Assembly (NCBI GenBank): GCA_046596195.1
Contig: JBKJNA010000027.1
Location: 913-64,912 of the forward strand
DNA: 64,000 bases
Source of the DNA: Acidimicrobiales bacterium
GTDB taxonomy: Bacteria > Actinomycetota > Acidimicrobiia > Acidimicrobiales > GCA-2861595
Direction of reading: 5' to 3'
Shown here: in pieces, positions 34,010 through 44,174 of the stretch
Layout: the number at the start of each line of letters is the position of its first letter
How positions within the stretch are numbered: the stretch's first letter is position 1
Notes under the pieces: generated by a model
The model's input: the letters and a program-made list of their open reading frames with translations, nothing else
Told to the model about the DNA's origin: nothing
Database searches by the model: none
Program-made: the position numbers and the translations under genes

Positions 34010-34516
34010 CTACAGCGACTTCAGGAGCTTGGCGGCCGTGTCCTTGGGGCTGACCTTGTGCCAGGCCTCGGCCACGACACCCTTCCCGTCGACCAGGAAG
34101 GCGGACCGGACGATGCCCATGTACTTCTTGCCGTACATGCTTTTCTCGCCCCACGCGCCGTACGCCTCGGCCACCGCGTGGTCGGCATCGGACAGCAGCA
34201 GGAAGCCGAGTCCGTGCTTCTCGTCGAACATGGCCTGCTTGGCCGGCGTGTCGGGGCTGAGGCCGATGACGACCGTGGCACCTATGTCGGCGGCCACGTC
34301 GCGCAGCCCGCACGCCTGGGCCGTGCAACCCGGTGTGTCGGCCTTGGGATAGAAGAAGAGCAGGTGGCGCGCCTTTCGCCGCCTGAGCGAGCCGCGCAAC
34401 GAGAAGGGCTCGCCGCGTTGGTCGAGCAGGGTGAAGTCGGGGGCTCTGTCACCTGGCTCGAGCAGCACGTTCCCGACTCTACGGTCAGTCGACCGATCCA
34501 GCAGGCACGACCCCAC
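34010..34516 (-). CDS. bcp: Thioredoxin-dependent thiol peroxidase (peroxiredoxin Bcp)
   Basis: Contains GDRAPDFTL...LLFFYPKADTPGCTAQACGLRD. An alternative GTG start is at 34468. Confidence 0.85.
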   Translation of the reverse strand: MGSCLLDRSTDRRVGNVLLEPGDRAPDFTLLDQRGEPFSLRGSLRRRKARHLLFFYPKADTPGCTAQACGLRDVAADIGATVVIGLSPDTPAKQAMFDEKHGLGFLLLSDADHAVAEAYGAWGEKSMYGKKYMGIVRSAFLVDGKGVVAEAWHKVSPKDTAAKLLKSL

Positions 34517-34749
34517 TCCACCCGTTGTCCCGGGCGGCGACCGGAGAACCCGACCTCGCTGTCGGTGCAGGCGTCCCGTGCGGGGCGGGGTGGGGTGCTG
34601 GTACCCCCATCCGCGAGGCCGGGCACCACTCTTCCGCTGATTCGGACGATGTCGTACCGTCGCGACGAGCCGGTCGTTTCATGCCGGCTCTCCGGGGGGG
34701 AGCACCAGAGCATGAGCGCGCACGGCAGGCCCCGCACGACAGGAGCACC

Positions 34750-35031
34750 ATGAGCATCCTCGGTCGACGGGCCCGGCGGCGCGTACCCGGCAGCCGCAGC
34801 GCGGCCTCGGATCCCCTCGTCGCTGCCACTGTTCCAACGAACAACCCCGTGGCCGAGGCCGCCCCGACCGTGATCGACGACGACCTTGGTCGTGTACCCG
34901 ACACGGTGCCGGTGGCGTGGGAGCTGACGTTCGGCCGGTCTGCCCGTATCGACGTCCGTACCGCCCGCCGGCGCCGGTGGTTCGGGCGCCTGCGTGCGGG
35001 TGCCAGCGCGACGAGGCGAGCGGGCGGCTGA
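34750..35031 (+). CDS. Small Arg-rich hypothetical protein
   Basis: 93-aa segment of ORF 34525..35031 with AGGAG 5 nt upstream of ATG 34750. GC3 bias is only moderate and no motif is recognised. Confidence 0.3.
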   Translation: MSILGRRARRRVPGSRSAASDPLVAATVPTNNPVAEAAPTVIDDDLGRVPDTVPVAWELTFGRSARIDVRTARRRRWFGRLRAGASATRRAGG

Positions 35032-35036
35032 GGCTG

Positions 35037-36257
35037 TCAGCGGGTGCGGCGTCCTCCGGCGGCGGCGGCGGCGGGCCGCGGCACGGGCGGTGGCTGCGAC
35101 TCGGCGGGGTCCCAGGAGGTCAGGTCGGCCAGGCGCTTGTCGTTGGAGAACACCTCGACGAAGGGCTGGCGCACCCCGATGCGCTTCTGGAGGCGCTCCA
35201 CCTCCAGTTCCTGGTCCCACAGCACGAGGGTGACCACCACGCCCTCCACGCCCGCACGGGCGGTGCGGCCGGAGCGGTGTAGGTAGGCCTTGTGGTCCTC
35301 GGGCGGGTCGTAGTGGATCACCACGTCGATGCCCTCCACGTGGATGCCCCGGGCGGCCACGTCGGTGGCCACCAGCACGGGGAGCTTGCCGGCGGTGAAG
35401 TCCGAGAGCGCCTTCTCCCGCTGCTGCTGGCGCAGGTCGCCGTGGATGACGCCGACAGCCAGGCCCTCACGCTCGAGCTGGAGGGCGAGGCGGTCGGCCC
35501 CCCGCTTGGTGCGGACGAACACCAGGGTGCGCTGCTGGCTGCGGGCCACCGACGCCGCCACCTTGGGCTTGTCCATCTGGTGGACCTTCAAGAAGCGGTG
35601 GGACATCTCCTCGACCGTGGCCTGGTCGGACTCGACCTCGTGGCGCACCGGGTCCTTCAGGTACATCTTCACCACGTGGTCGACGTCGCCGTCGAGGGTG
35701 GCGGAGAACAGCAGCGTCTGGTGGTCGCTCTGGATGCGGCGCAGGAACCACTCGACCTGGGGCAGGAACCCCATGTCAGCCATGCGGTCGGCCTCGTCGA
35801 GCACCACGTGCTTCACGCCGGCCACGCTGACCGAGCCCCGCTCCCCCAGGTCGATGAGGCGACCTGGCGTGGCGATGACGATGTCGGCGCCGCTCGACAC
35901 CTCGGCCACCTGGCGCTCCATGCTGGCGCCGCCGTACACGGCGGCCACCTTGCGGCCACGGACGGCGGCCAGGGGCGACAGCACGGCGGCCACCTGTACG
36001 GCCAGCTCACGGGTGGGCACGAGCACGAGCGAGTCGGGCCGGCCGGGGGGGGACGGCTTGCTCAACTCGAGCAGGGCGAGGCCGAAGGCGAGGGTCTTGC
36101 CGGAGCCGGTCTTGGCCTTCCCGCACACGTCGCGCCCGGCCAGGGCGTCGGGAAGGGTGAGGGCCTGGATGGGGAACGGCTCCTCGATCCCGTCCCTGGC
36201 CAGGGCGGCGACCAGGTCTGCGGATACGCCGAGCGCGGCGAACGTCGTCTTCTGCAA
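35037..36257 (-). CDS. DEAD/DEAH-box ATP-dependent RNA helicase
   Basis: Q-motif region, AKTGSGKTLAF (motif I), VLDEADRM (DEAD), SAT, and HRSGRTARAG (motif VI). Confidence 0.9.
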   Translation of the reverse strand: MQKTTFAALGVSADLVAALARDGIEEPFPIQALTLPDALAGRDVCGKAKTGSGKTLAFGLALLELSKPSPPGRPDSLVLVPTRELAVQVAAVLSPLAAVRGRKVAAVYGGASMERQVAEVSSGADIVIATPGRLIDLGERGSVSVAGVKHVVLDEADRMADMGFLPQVEWFLRRIQSDHQTLLFSATLDGDVDHVVKMYLKDPVRHEVESDQATVEEMSHRFLKVHQMDKPKVAASVARSQQRTLVFVRTKRGADRLALQLEREGLAVGVIHGDLRQQQREKALSDFTAGKLPVLVATDVAARGIHVEGIDVVIHYDPPEDHKAYLHRSGRTARAGVEGVVVTLVLWDQELEVERLQKRIGVRQPFVEVFSNDKRLADLTSWDPAESQPPPVPRPAAAAAGGRRTR

Positions 36258-36444
36258 CGGGGGAACTCCTCGGTATGCTCAGGGTGGGCCTGCCTCGCAC
36301 CCGAGTCCGAAAGGAGCCGTTGAGGTGAGCCCTCGAACGACGCACCCTGCGTTGCTCGCGAGGCAAGGTTACCTCACCTGGTGTGAACTTCTGTGAACTG
36401 CTCAATCCACCCCGTTCAGTGCCGACGAAGAATGGGAAGGTGAG

Positions 36445-38328
36445 TTGTCTGGACTCGCCACGAAAGGCTTCCTCCTCATGCGCATGACGCCTCCTCCCGG
36501 ACGGCCGGGGCCCGAGCGGAACAAGAGCCGCAACACGCGTTTGCAGATGGTCGGCATCGGGGTCCTGTTCGCGCTGGTCCTGGCCCTGCTGTTCAATCTC
36601 CCCGGTGGCTCAACCTCCAAGGAGGACACGCCCGAGGTCACGCTGTCAGGCGCCGTGCAGGCCATCAAGGAGGGAAAGGTCGCCCGCCTCCACCTGAACG
36701 ACGGCTCCCGGCGGGCCACGCTGCTCCTGTCCAACGGCACCGAGGTCCAGACGGCCTACCCCGTGGGTTCGGGCCCGGAACTCAGCACCACCGCCATCGA
36801 GGCCGACGTCAAGGTTACCGCGGCGCCGAACAAAGCCAGCTCCCCGTGGATGAGCCTGCTTTTCACCCTCCTCCCCGTCGCCCTCCTCATCGCCTTCTTC
36901 GTCTTCTTCATGGGCCCCAAGATGGGCATGAACGTGGGCAAGATGCACAAGTCGCGCCGGGCACCCATCGATGTGCCCGAGACCCGCTTCAGCGACGTGG
37001 CCGGATCCGACGAGGCCGTCTCCGAACTGGCCGAGGTCGTCGAGTTCCTCAACACCCCCGAGCGCTTCATCAACGCCGGAGCGCGCATGCCCAACGGTGT
37101 GCTGCTGGTCGGCCCCCCCGGCACCGGCAAGACCCTTCTCGCCCGGGCCGTGGCCGGCGAGGCGGGCGTGCCCTTCTTCGCCCTGTCGGGCTCCGACTTC
37201 GTGGAGACCTTCGTCGGCGTCGGCGCCTCCCGCGTGCGCCAGGTGTTCACTGCCGCCCGCAAGCTCGGCAGCGCCATCATCTTCATCGACGAGATCGACG
37301 CCGTGGGCAAGGCCCGATCGTCCCAGTCGAGCGGGAGCGGCAACGAGGAGCGGGAGAACACGCTCAACCAGTTGCTGGTGGAGATGGACGGGTTCAGCGA
37401 GTCCGGCATCATCGTGCTCGCCGCCACCAACCGGGCCGACGTGCTCGACGCCGCCCTCACCCGGCCGGGCCGCTTCGACCGGCACATCACCGTCCCCGCC
37501 CCCGACCGGGTGGGCCGCACCAAGATCCTGGAGCTCTACGCCCGCAACCGCCGCTTCTCGCGTGACGTCGACTTCGTCTCGCTGGCCCGGCGCACGCCCG
37601 GTCTCACCGGCGCCGACCTGTCGTCCCTGATGAACGAGGCCGCCCTCGAGGCGGCCCGCCACGGCTCCGGCGAGATCACCAACGCCCACCTCCAGGCCGC
37701 CCTGTCCACCTCGTACATGGGCCGGGCCCGCACGTCGGCCGTCGTCACCGAGCGCGACCGACGCATCACCGCCTGGCACGAGGCCGGCCACGCCGTGGCG
37801 GCCATGCTGCTGCCCCACGCCGACGACCCCGTCTCCGTCACCATTGTCCCCCGGGGCGTGGCCGGCGGCGTCACCTGGATGGGCGGCAACGACAACTCGT
37901 TCCTCACCCGCTCCGAGGCCGAGGCCCGCCTGGTGGTCGCCATGGCCGGCCGGGCCGCCGAGGAGTACCACCTCGACGGCGACTACACCCAGGGGGCGGC
38001 CAGCGACTTCGCCTCGGCCACCGCCCTCGCCACGTCGATGGTCACCGAGTTCGGCATGAGCCCCCTCGGCCCCACCACCCGGTCCAGCTACGGCCACATC
38101 GGCGGCGCCCAGGCCGACCGGGTCGGCGAGGCGGTCGATACCCTCCTCGACCAGGCCATCACCGACGCCCGGAACCTGGTCGCCGACAACTTGCAGCTGC
38201 TCGAAGCCCTCGTTCGCGAGCTCCTGGTAGAGGAGACGGTGAGTGGCCAGGAGCTCTCGGTCCTGGCCGACTGCCTAGGCGACCGCCCGGCCCCGGTTTA
38301 CGCCACGGAGCTGCACCAGCTCCCCTGA
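36445..38328 (+). CDS. ftsH: ATP-dependent zinc metalloprotease FtsH
   Basis: Contains GPPGTGKTLLA, IIFIDEIDA, the SRH region and the Zn site HEAGHAV. TTG start at 36445; alternative ATG at 36478. Confidence 0.9.
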   Translation: MSGLATKGFLLMRMTPPPGRPGPERNKSRNTRLQMVGIGVLFALVLALLFNLPGGSTSKEDTPEVTLSGAVQAIKEGKVARLHLNDGSRRATLLLSNGTEVQTAYPVGSGPELSTTAIEADVKVTAAPNKASSPWMSLLFTLLPVALLIAFFVFFMGPKMGMNVGKMHKSRRAPIDVPETRFSDVAGSDEAVSELAEVVEFLNTPERFINAGARMPNGVLLVGPPGTGKTLLARAVAGEAGVPFFALSGSDFVETFVGVGASRVRQVFTAARKLGSAIIFIDEIDAVGKARSSQSSGSGNEERENTLNQLLVEMDGFSESGIIVLAATNRADVLDAALTRPGRFDRHITVPAPDRVGRTKILELYARNRRFSRDVDFVSLARRTPGLTGADLSSLMNEAALEAARHGSGEITNAHLQAALSTSYMGRARTSAVVTERDRRITAWHEAGHAVAAMLLPHADDPVSVTIVPRGVAGGVTWMGGNDNSFLTRSEAEARLVVAMAGRAAEEYHLDGDYTQGAASDFASATALATSMVTEFGMSPLGPTTRSSYGHIGGAQADRVGEAVDTLLDQAITDARNLVADNLQLLEALVRELLVEETVSGQELSVLADCLGDRPAPVYATELHQLP

Positions 38329-38337
38329 TCCCTGTTT

Positions 38338-38376
38338 CGAGGAAATAGCCACCGGAATCCGGTGGCTATTTCCTCG
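38338..38376. terminator. Palindromic hairpin element, copy 3
   Basis: CGAGGAAATAGCCACCGG-aat-CCGGTGGCTATTTCCTCG is a perfect 18-bp stem between convergent ftsH and trpA. Confidence 0.7.
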
Positions 38377-38393
38377 GAAGCGCCTGCGGTGGC

Positions 38394-39185
38394 CTAGCCG
38401 GCGTCCAGGGCAGCCCTGAACCCGGCCACCGTCGAACCGATCTGGTCGGGCGAGGCGCCGTCGATCAACCGGCGCATGAGGGCGGAGGCGACGACGACGC
38501 CGTCCGCCTCCGCACACGCCTCCACCGCGTGGGCGGGCGTGGAGATGCCGAAGCCGAGGAGGACGGGCTTGTCGGTGTGGGCCTTGAGGCGCTTGGCCAT
38601 GACGCCGGCCGAAGCGGCCAGACGCTGGCGCTCCCCCGTGATGCCCATGGCGCTCACGCCGTACACGAACCCCTGCGAGCGCTCGCAGATGAGGGCCAGG
38701 CGGTCGTCGGGGGTGACGGGCGCCGCCAGCAGCACTGTCTCGACGCCCTCCGACTCGGCGGCCCGGGCCCACGGGTCGAGCTCCTCCAGCGGGATGTCCG
38801 GCACGATGGCCCCGGACACGCCGTTGCCGGAAAGGGCGTGGGCGAAACGGCGGTGGCCGCCCCGGTAGACGATGTTGTAATAGGTCATCGCCACAAGCGG
38901 CACGCCGGCGTCGACGGCGCCCACGGCGTCGAGGATGGCCGTCGGCGTGGCCCCCAGCTCCAGCGCCTTCTGCGACGCCTCCTGGATGGTGGGGCCGTCC
39001 ATCACCGGGTCCGAGAAGGGGATCCCCACCTCGATGGCGTCGGCCCCCGCCGCCGCCATGGCCTCCAGGACCTCGGTCCACCGGGGCCCGAGCCCGCCGG
39101 TCACATAGGGCACGAGCAGCTTGGCACCGGCCGCCCGCCGCTCGCGCAGGTGGCGCTCCAAGAAGCCCGGCTCGGGCACGCTCAC
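38394..39185 (-). CDS. trpA: Tryptophan synthase alpha chain
   Basis: Contains LVPYVTGG...GADAIEVGIPFSDPVMDGPTIQ. GTG at 39185 is preceded by GGTGGAGG; the rest of ORF 38394..39689 is non-coding read-through. Confidence 0.85.
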   Translation of the reverse strand: MSVPEPGFLERHLRERRAAGAKLLVPYVTGGLGPRWTEVLEAMAAAGADAIEVGIPFSDPVMDGPTIQEASQKALELGATPTAILDAVGAVDAGVPLVAMTYYNIVYRGGHRRFAHALSGNGVSGAIVPDIPLEELDPWARAAESEGVETVLLAAPVTPDDRLALICERSQGFVYGVSAMGITGERQRLAASAGVMAKRLKAHTDKPVLLGFGISTPAHAVEACAEADGVVVASALMRRLIDGASPDQIGSTVAGFRAALDAG

Positions 39186-39194
39186 GCCTCCACC

Positions 39195-39281
39195 CCGGCA
39201 CCGGTCAGCCCGGCACTGATCAGCCCGGCACTGGTCAGCGAGATGGGGGCGAGACGGTCCACGCCGGCTGACCACTGCCCG
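39195..39281. repeat. 15-bp direct repeat x3 plus one inverted copy in the trpB-trpA spacer
   Basis: CCGGCACCGGTCAGC / CCGGCACTGATCAGC / CCGGCACTGGTCAGC at 39195-39239. The inverted GCTGACCACTGCCCG at 39267-39281 matches 13 of 15 positions. Confidence 0.85.
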
Positions 39282-39285
39282 ACCG

Positions 39286-40476
39286 TCATCCGGTGCCCAG
39301 CATGCCCATGACGTGCTCGGCGTCCTTGTCGCCCCGGCCGGACATGGTGATGAGCACGGTGGACCCGGTGGGCAGGGCGTCGGTGCCGGCGGCCCGGATG
39401 ACCCAGGCCACGGCGTGGGCGGGCTCCAGGGCGGGGATGATGCCCTCGGTGGTGGCCAGCAGCTGGAGGGCGGCCAGCACCTCCCCGTCGGCGGCGGGCA
39501 CGTACACGGCACGCCCCACGTCGGCCAGGTGGGCGTGCTCGGGCCCCACGCCCGGGTAGTCGAGGCCGGCCGACACCGAGTGGGCCTCGATGATCTGGCC
39601 GTGCTCGTCCTGGAGCAGCTGGGACAGCGAGCCGTGGACCACACCGGGGATGCCCCGGCCCACGGCCGCCCCGCCGGCCGGCTCCACACCCACCAGGCGG
39701 GCGCCGGTGTCCACGAAGCCGGCGAAGGTGCCCGCCGCGTTGGACCCGCCGCCCACGCACGCCACCACGTAGTCGGGGTCGGCGCCGTCGAGGATGGAGC
39801 GGCACTGCCCGCGTGCCTCGTCGCCGATGACCCGCTGCAGCTCCCGGATCATCCACGGGTACGGGTGCGGGCCGGTGACCGAGCCGAGAAGGTAGTGGGT
39901 GGTCTCCACCGACGAGACCCAGTCCCGGAAAGCCTCGTTGATGGCGTCCTTCAGCGTGCGGCTGCCGGAGCCGACCGGCACCACCTTGGCGCCCAGCAGC
40001 TTCATGCGGAACACGTTGAGGGCCTGGCGCTCCACGTCGACCTCGCCCATGTAGATCACGCACTCGAAACCGAACATGGCGGCGGCGGTGGCGGTGGCCA
40101 CACCGTGCTGGCCGGCGCCGGTCTCGGCCACCACACGCGTCTTGCCCATGCGCCTGGTGAGCAGAGCCTGGCCGATGACGTTGTTGATCTTGTGCGAGCC
40201 GGTGTGGGTGAGGTCCTCCCGCTTGAGCAGCACGCGCACGCCGAGCCGCTCGGACAGGCGCCGGCACTCGCTCACCGGCGTGGGGCGGCCGTTGGCCGCC
40301 AGGATGCCGAGGTACTCGTCGTGGAAGGCGGGGTCGGCCCAGGCGGCCCGGAAGGCGGCCTCGAGCTGCTGGCACGCAGGTACCAGCGCCTCGGGCAGGA
40401 ACCGCCCCCCGAACCTGCCGAAACGACCCTCGGGGGTCGGCTCGCGCATCAGCCCCGCAGTGTCCGTCGACTCCAT
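39286..40476 (-). CDS. trpB: Tryptophan synthase beta chain
   Basis: Contains [15 protein letters not shown] (PLP lysine) and GGGSNAAG; 396 aa. Confidence 0.95.
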   Translation of the reverse strand: MESTDTAGLMREPTPEGRFGRFGGRFLPEALVPACQQLEAAFRAAWADPAFHDEYLGILAANGRPTPVSECRRLSERLGVRVLLKREDLTHTGSHKINNVIGQALLTRRMGKTRVVAETGAGQHGVATATAAAMFGFECVIYMGEVDVERQALNVFRMKLLGAKVVPVGSGSRTLKDAINEAFRDWVSSVETTHYLLGSVTGPHPYPWMIRELQRVIGDEARGQCRSILDGADPDYVVACVGGGSNAAGTFAGFVDTGARLVGVEPAGGAAVGRGIPGVVHGSLSQLLQDEHGQIIEAHSVSAGLDYPGVGPEHAHLADVGRAVYVPAADGEVLAALQLLATTEGIIPALEPAHAVAWVIRAAGTDALPTGSTVLITMSGRGDKDAEHVMGMLGTG

Positions 40477-41138
40477 CAGTCTGCCTCCTCCCAGTCGAAC
40501 GGCCCGTCGCCGTCGGTGCCACTCTCGTAGGGGGCCGGGGCGGCCGCCTTGGCCGCGGCCACGAACCGCTGCAGCTTCACCGCGTCCTTGCGCCCCGGCT
40601 CAGACTCCACGCCGGTGCACACGTCGACGCCCCAGGGCCGGGCCTGGCGGATGGCGTCGGCGACATTGCCCGGCGTGAGCCCGCCGGCCAGCAGGAGCCG
40701 GGAGCCCGGAGGCACGCCGTCGACCAGCGACCAGTCGAACACCTGGCCCGAGCCGGGCGACGGTGCGTCGAGCATCACGATCTGGGCGCCGTAGTCCTTG
40801 GCCTTGCGGATGGCGCTGCTGCCGGCCGGGAAGGCGTTGATGACGACGGCCACCCGCTCGGCCACGAACCGGACCTGCTCCGGCGTTTCATGGCCGTGTA
40901 GCTGGGCCGCCTTCAGCCCGATGCCGTTGACGATCTTCACGACCTGCTCGGGGGCTTCGTCGCGGAAGACGCCGACGGTGACGACCTCCGGTGGTAGGCG
41001 GTTGACGATCTGGCCCACCACGGTGACCGAGACCTGGCGGGGCGAGGGGGCGAAGATGAAACCCACCCCGTCCGCGCCCATGGCCACGGCCAGCAGGGCG
41101 TCTTCCTCCGTTGTGGTGCCGCACACCTTCACGAACAC
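40476..41138 (-). CDS. trpF: Phosphoribosylanthranilate isomerase
   Basis: [29 protein letters not shown] is a typical TrpF N-terminus. The stop overlaps the trpB ATG by 1 nt. Confidence 0.85.
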   Translation of the reverse strand: MFVKVCGTTTEEDALLAVAMGADGVGFIFAPSPRQVSVTVVGQIVNRLPPEVVTVGVFRDEAPEQVVKIVNGIGLKAAQLHGHETPEQVRFVAERVAVVINAFPAGSSAIRKAKDYGAQIVMLDAPSPGSGQVFDWSLVDGVPPGSRLLLAGGLTPGNVADAIRQARPWGVDVCTGVESEPGRKDAVKLQRFVAAAKAAAPAPYESGTDGDGPFDWEEAD

Positions 41139-41926
41139 GCGGCCGCCGATCGCAGGGCCCGCACGGCGCCGGCCGGGTCGGCGCTGGTGACGAGGGACTC
41201 CCCCACCAGCACGGCGTGGTAGCCGGCGTCGGCCAATCGGGCGACGTCATCGGGGCCGGTGATGCCCGACTCGGCCACCCGCACCACCCCCGGGGGGATG
41301 GCGGCCGCGACCCGCACCGCCCTGTCGGCGTCGACGGCGAAGGTGGTGAGGTCGCGCTGGTTGACGCCGATGAGCGTGGCGCCGGCGGCCAGCGCCCGCT
41401 CCACCTCGGCCTCGTCGTGCACCTCGACGAGGGCGTCGAGCCCGACGTCCGCGGCCAGCGCCCCGAACGCAGCCAACTCCGCGTCGGAGAGGGCGGCCAC
41501 GATGAGCAGGACGGCGTCCGCTCCCATCAGCCTGGCGTCGCACACGTCCCGCTCGGACACGGTGAAGTCCTTGCGCAGCACGGGCAACCCGCATGCCGTC
41601 CGGGCCTCGGCCAGATCGGCAGGCGAGCCGGCGAAGAACGGGGCGTCGGTGAGGACCGACAGGCAGGCCGCCCCGCCCTCGGCGTAGGCCCTGGCCAGCA
41701 CGCCGGCCACGAGGCCCGCAGCCAGGTCGCCCTTCGACGGCGACCGGCGCTTGACCTCGGCGATCACGGCCAGGCGGCCACCGCCGGTGCCGGCGGCCAG
41801 CGAGGCGACGAAGCCCCGGGCCGGCGCCTGGGCCCGCGCCGCCGCGGCCAGCTGGTCGAGCGGCCGGAGGTCGGCGGCCGCCGCGCTTCGATGGGCGGCC
41901 AGGATGGTGTCGAGATAGGTGGCCAC
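41129..41926 (-). CDS. trpC: Indole-3-glycerol phosphate synthase
   Basis: Contains YLDTILAAHR...AVIAEVKRRSPSKGDL...LRKDF...IGVNQRDL. Probable GTG start at 41926 within ORF 41129..42028. Confidence 0.85.
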   Translation of the reverse strand: MATYLDTILAAHRSAAAADLRPLDQLAAAARAQAPARGFVASLAAGTGGGRLAVIAEVKRRSPSKGDLAAGLVAGVLARAYAEGGAACLSVLTDAPFFAGSPADLAEARTACGLPVLRKDFTVSERDVCDARLMGADAVLLIVAALSDAELAAFGALAADVGLDALVEVHDEAEVERALAAGATLIGVNQRDLTTFAVDADRAVRVAAAIPPGVVRVAESGITGPDDVARLADAGYHAVLVGESLVTSADPAGAVRALRSAAACS

Positions 41927-42077
41927 GGCCGGCAAGCGTACCGGGGCGCCTTCTCCACGCCGCCGGGGTGCACGATCACAGCCCGAACAGCCCTCAGAAC
42001 CGGGCTCCTGGCGAGTGTGCAACCCCAACCGCCCGGGGCTTCACACTTCGCTCACAGGGAGGTGCCACGCTTCTCGC

Positions 42078-42779
42078 GTGCAGACCGATCTGGGCACGAT
42101 CGTCGTCGTGGAGGACGACCCCAACATCGCCGACCTGGTGGACCTCTATCTCCGCCGCGAGGGCTACCGCGTATTGCAGGCCGGCGACGGCGAGCAGGGG
42201 CTCGAGCTCGTCTCGCGCGAGCGCCCCCGGCTGGTGGTCCTGGACGTGGGCCTCCCCGGAGCGGTCGATGGATTGGAGGTGTGCCGGCGTCTTCGGGGGA
42301 CCGACCGTGGTGGCGGGGGGGTGGCCACGATCCCGGTCGTGATGCTCACGGCGCGTGACGGCGAGGTGGACCGGGTGCTCGGCCTCGAGCTGGGCGCCGA
42401 CGACTACATCACCAAGCCGTTCTCGCCCCGCGAGCTGGTGGCCCGGGTGAAGGCGGTGCTGCGCCGGACCGACGGCCCCCGCCCCGCCGGCCCCGACATC
42501 CTGGCTGCCGGCCGGGTGGCGGTGGACACCGGCCGGCGGGAGGCTGCCGTCGACGGGGCCGTGGTGCCGCTCGCCGCCCGCGAGTTCGACCTCCTCCGCT
42601 TCCTGGCCGAGCACCCCGGCCTGGCCCTCAGCCGCCGCCAGCTGCTCGACGGCGTGTGGGGCCCGGCCTGGTACGGCGACGACCGCACCGTCGACGTCCA
42701 CGTGCGCCAGCTGCGCAGGAAGCTGGGCGACGCCCTCCCCCTCGCCACCGTGTGGGGCGTGGGCTACCGGCTCGGCTGA
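42078..42779 (+). CDS. OmpR-family response regulator
   Basis: The receiver is IVVVEDDPNIADL...VVLDVGLP...MLTARD and the winged-helix is REFDLLRFLAEHPG...TVWGVGYRL. In-frame GTG at 42078. Confidence 0.85.
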   Translation: MQTDLGTIVVVEDDPNIADLVDLYLRREGYRVLQAGDGEQGLELVSRERPRLVVLDVGLPGAVDGLEVCRRLRGTDRGGGGVATIPVVMLTARDGEVDRVLGLELGADDYITKPFSPRELVARVKAVLRRTDGPRPAGPDILAAGRVAVDTGRREAAVDGAVVPLAAREFDLLRFLAEHPGLALSRRQLLDGVWGPAWYGDDRTVDVHVRQLRRKLGDALPLATVWGVGYRLG

Positions 42780-42786
42780 GAACCCG

Positions 42787-44166
42787 ATGCGCCGCCGCCT
42801 CACCCTCACCATCGTTGGCCTCGTGGCGGCCGCCCTGGTGGTGGCCGGCCTGGGTACCCTCGTACTGGCCCGGGTGGGGGCGCGCAACGAGACGAGGTCC
42901 GACCTGGAGGACCAGGCCATGGCCCTGGCCGACGTGGCCGACGGGCTCCAGCGGCCCCCGGTGCTGACCGCTCTGCGGCGATCGTTGCGGCTCGAGGGCG
43001 CCGACATCGTGCCGGTAGGCCCCGTCCTCGCCGGACGGAACGGGCGCGGATCTCTGCACCCGCCCGCAGCGCCACTGGTCGGCGGCGCCGTCCTGACCGA
43101 GTCGGAGCTCGAGCTGCTGCACAGCGGCACGGCCGTGGTGTCCGGCTGGCGCGGCGACACGGCCTACGCCGCCGCGCCCGTGCATCGGGGCGGCGAGATA
43201 CGCGTGGCCGTCCTGCTCACCCGGAAGCAGTCGTCGGGCCTGGGCACCGCCTTGCCATGGTTCCTGCTGTCGGCTGGCACCGCGCTGGTGGCGGCGGCGG
43301 TGGCGGCCGACCGGCTGGCCCGCCGGTTCATCCGGCCGGTGGCGGCCGCGGCCGACGCGGCCCGGCGCATTGCGGCGGGCGACCTGGCCGTACGGGTCGA
43401 GGCGGCCGGCCCCGGCGCGGAGGCGGAGCTGGCCCGCCTGGCCACGTCCGTCAACGCCATGGCCACCGAGCTGGAGCGGGCCCGGGGCCTCGAGCGCCAG
43501 TTCCTGCTGTCCGTGTCCCACGAGCTGCGCACGCCCCTCACGTCGGTGCGGGGCTTCGCCGAGGCCATCGCCGACGGCGCCGCGCCCGACACAAGGCGGG
43601 CGGCCGAGGTCATCGGGTCGGAGGCCCGCCGGCTGGAGCGCCTGGTGGCCGACCTGCTGGACCTGGCCAAGCTGGACGCCCGGTCCTTCTCGCTCCACAT
43701 GGAGCCGGTCGACGTGGCCGCCGTCGTGGTCGACACAGCCGAGGGCTTCCGGCCGGCGGCCGATGCCGCCGGCCTCTCACTCGACGTGCGCGTCGACGGG
43801 GGCAACAGCGGTTCGCCCGTGTTGCTGGCGATGGCCGATCCGGAGCGCCTGGCCCAGGTGGTGGCCAACCTGGTCGAGAATGCCCTGAAGTTCGCCGCCC
43901 GGCACATCACCGTCACCGCCGGCAGCGAGGACGGCCAGGTCGTGCTGGCGGTCTCCGACGACGGCGCCGGCATCGCCGAGGCCGACCGGGACCACGTGTT
44001 CGACCGCCTCTTCCAGTCGAGCCGAACCCCGGCCCGCCAGGCCGGCTCGGGGCTCGGGCTCACCATCGTGGCCGAGCTGGCGTCGGCCATGGGTGCAGGC
44101 GTCGACGCCCAGTCGGTGCCCGGCGCCACCCGCATGGTGGTCCGCCTCCGGGCGCCCGGGCCCTGA
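42787..44166 (+). CDS. Sensor histidine kinase (2 TM, HAMP, HisKA, HATPase_c)
   Basis: H-box SVSHELRTPLTSVRGF, N-box NLVENALKF, and G-boxes DDGAGI and GSGLGL. Confidence 0.85.
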   Translation: MRRRLTLTIVGLVAAALVVAGLGTLVLARVGARNETRSDLEDQAMALADVADGLQRPPVLTALRRSLRLEGADIVPVGPVLAGRNGRGSLHPPAAPLVGGAVLTESELELLHSGTAVVSGWRGDTAYAAAPVHRGGEIRVAVLLTRKQSSGLGTALPWFLLSAGTALVAAAVAADRLARRFIRPVAAAADAARRIAAGDLAVRVEAAGPGAEAELARLATSVNAMATELERARGLERQFLLSVSHELRTPLTSVRGFAEAIADGAAPDTRRAAEVIGSEARRLERLVADLLDLAKLDARSFSLHMEPVDVAAVVVDTAEGFRPAADAAGLSLDVRVDGGNSGSPVLLAMADPERLAQVVANLVENALKFAARHITVTAGSEDGQVVLAVSDDGAGIAEADRDHVFDRLFQSSRTPARQAGSGLGLTIVAELASAMGAGVDAQSVPGATRMVVRLRAPGP

Positions 44167-44174
44167 GGGGCGAC

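Noticed and set aside
34517-34749. 234-bp GC-rich gap between bcp and a small Arg-rich ORF as a known ncRNA (for example 6C RNA with C-rich loops)
   Set aside because: Hairpins exist (GGTGGGGT-gctggt-ACCCCCATCC and GAGCCGG-N10-CCGGCTC), but there are not two C-rich loops as in 6C and no recognisable Rfam-like core. The evidence is insufficient to call a feature.
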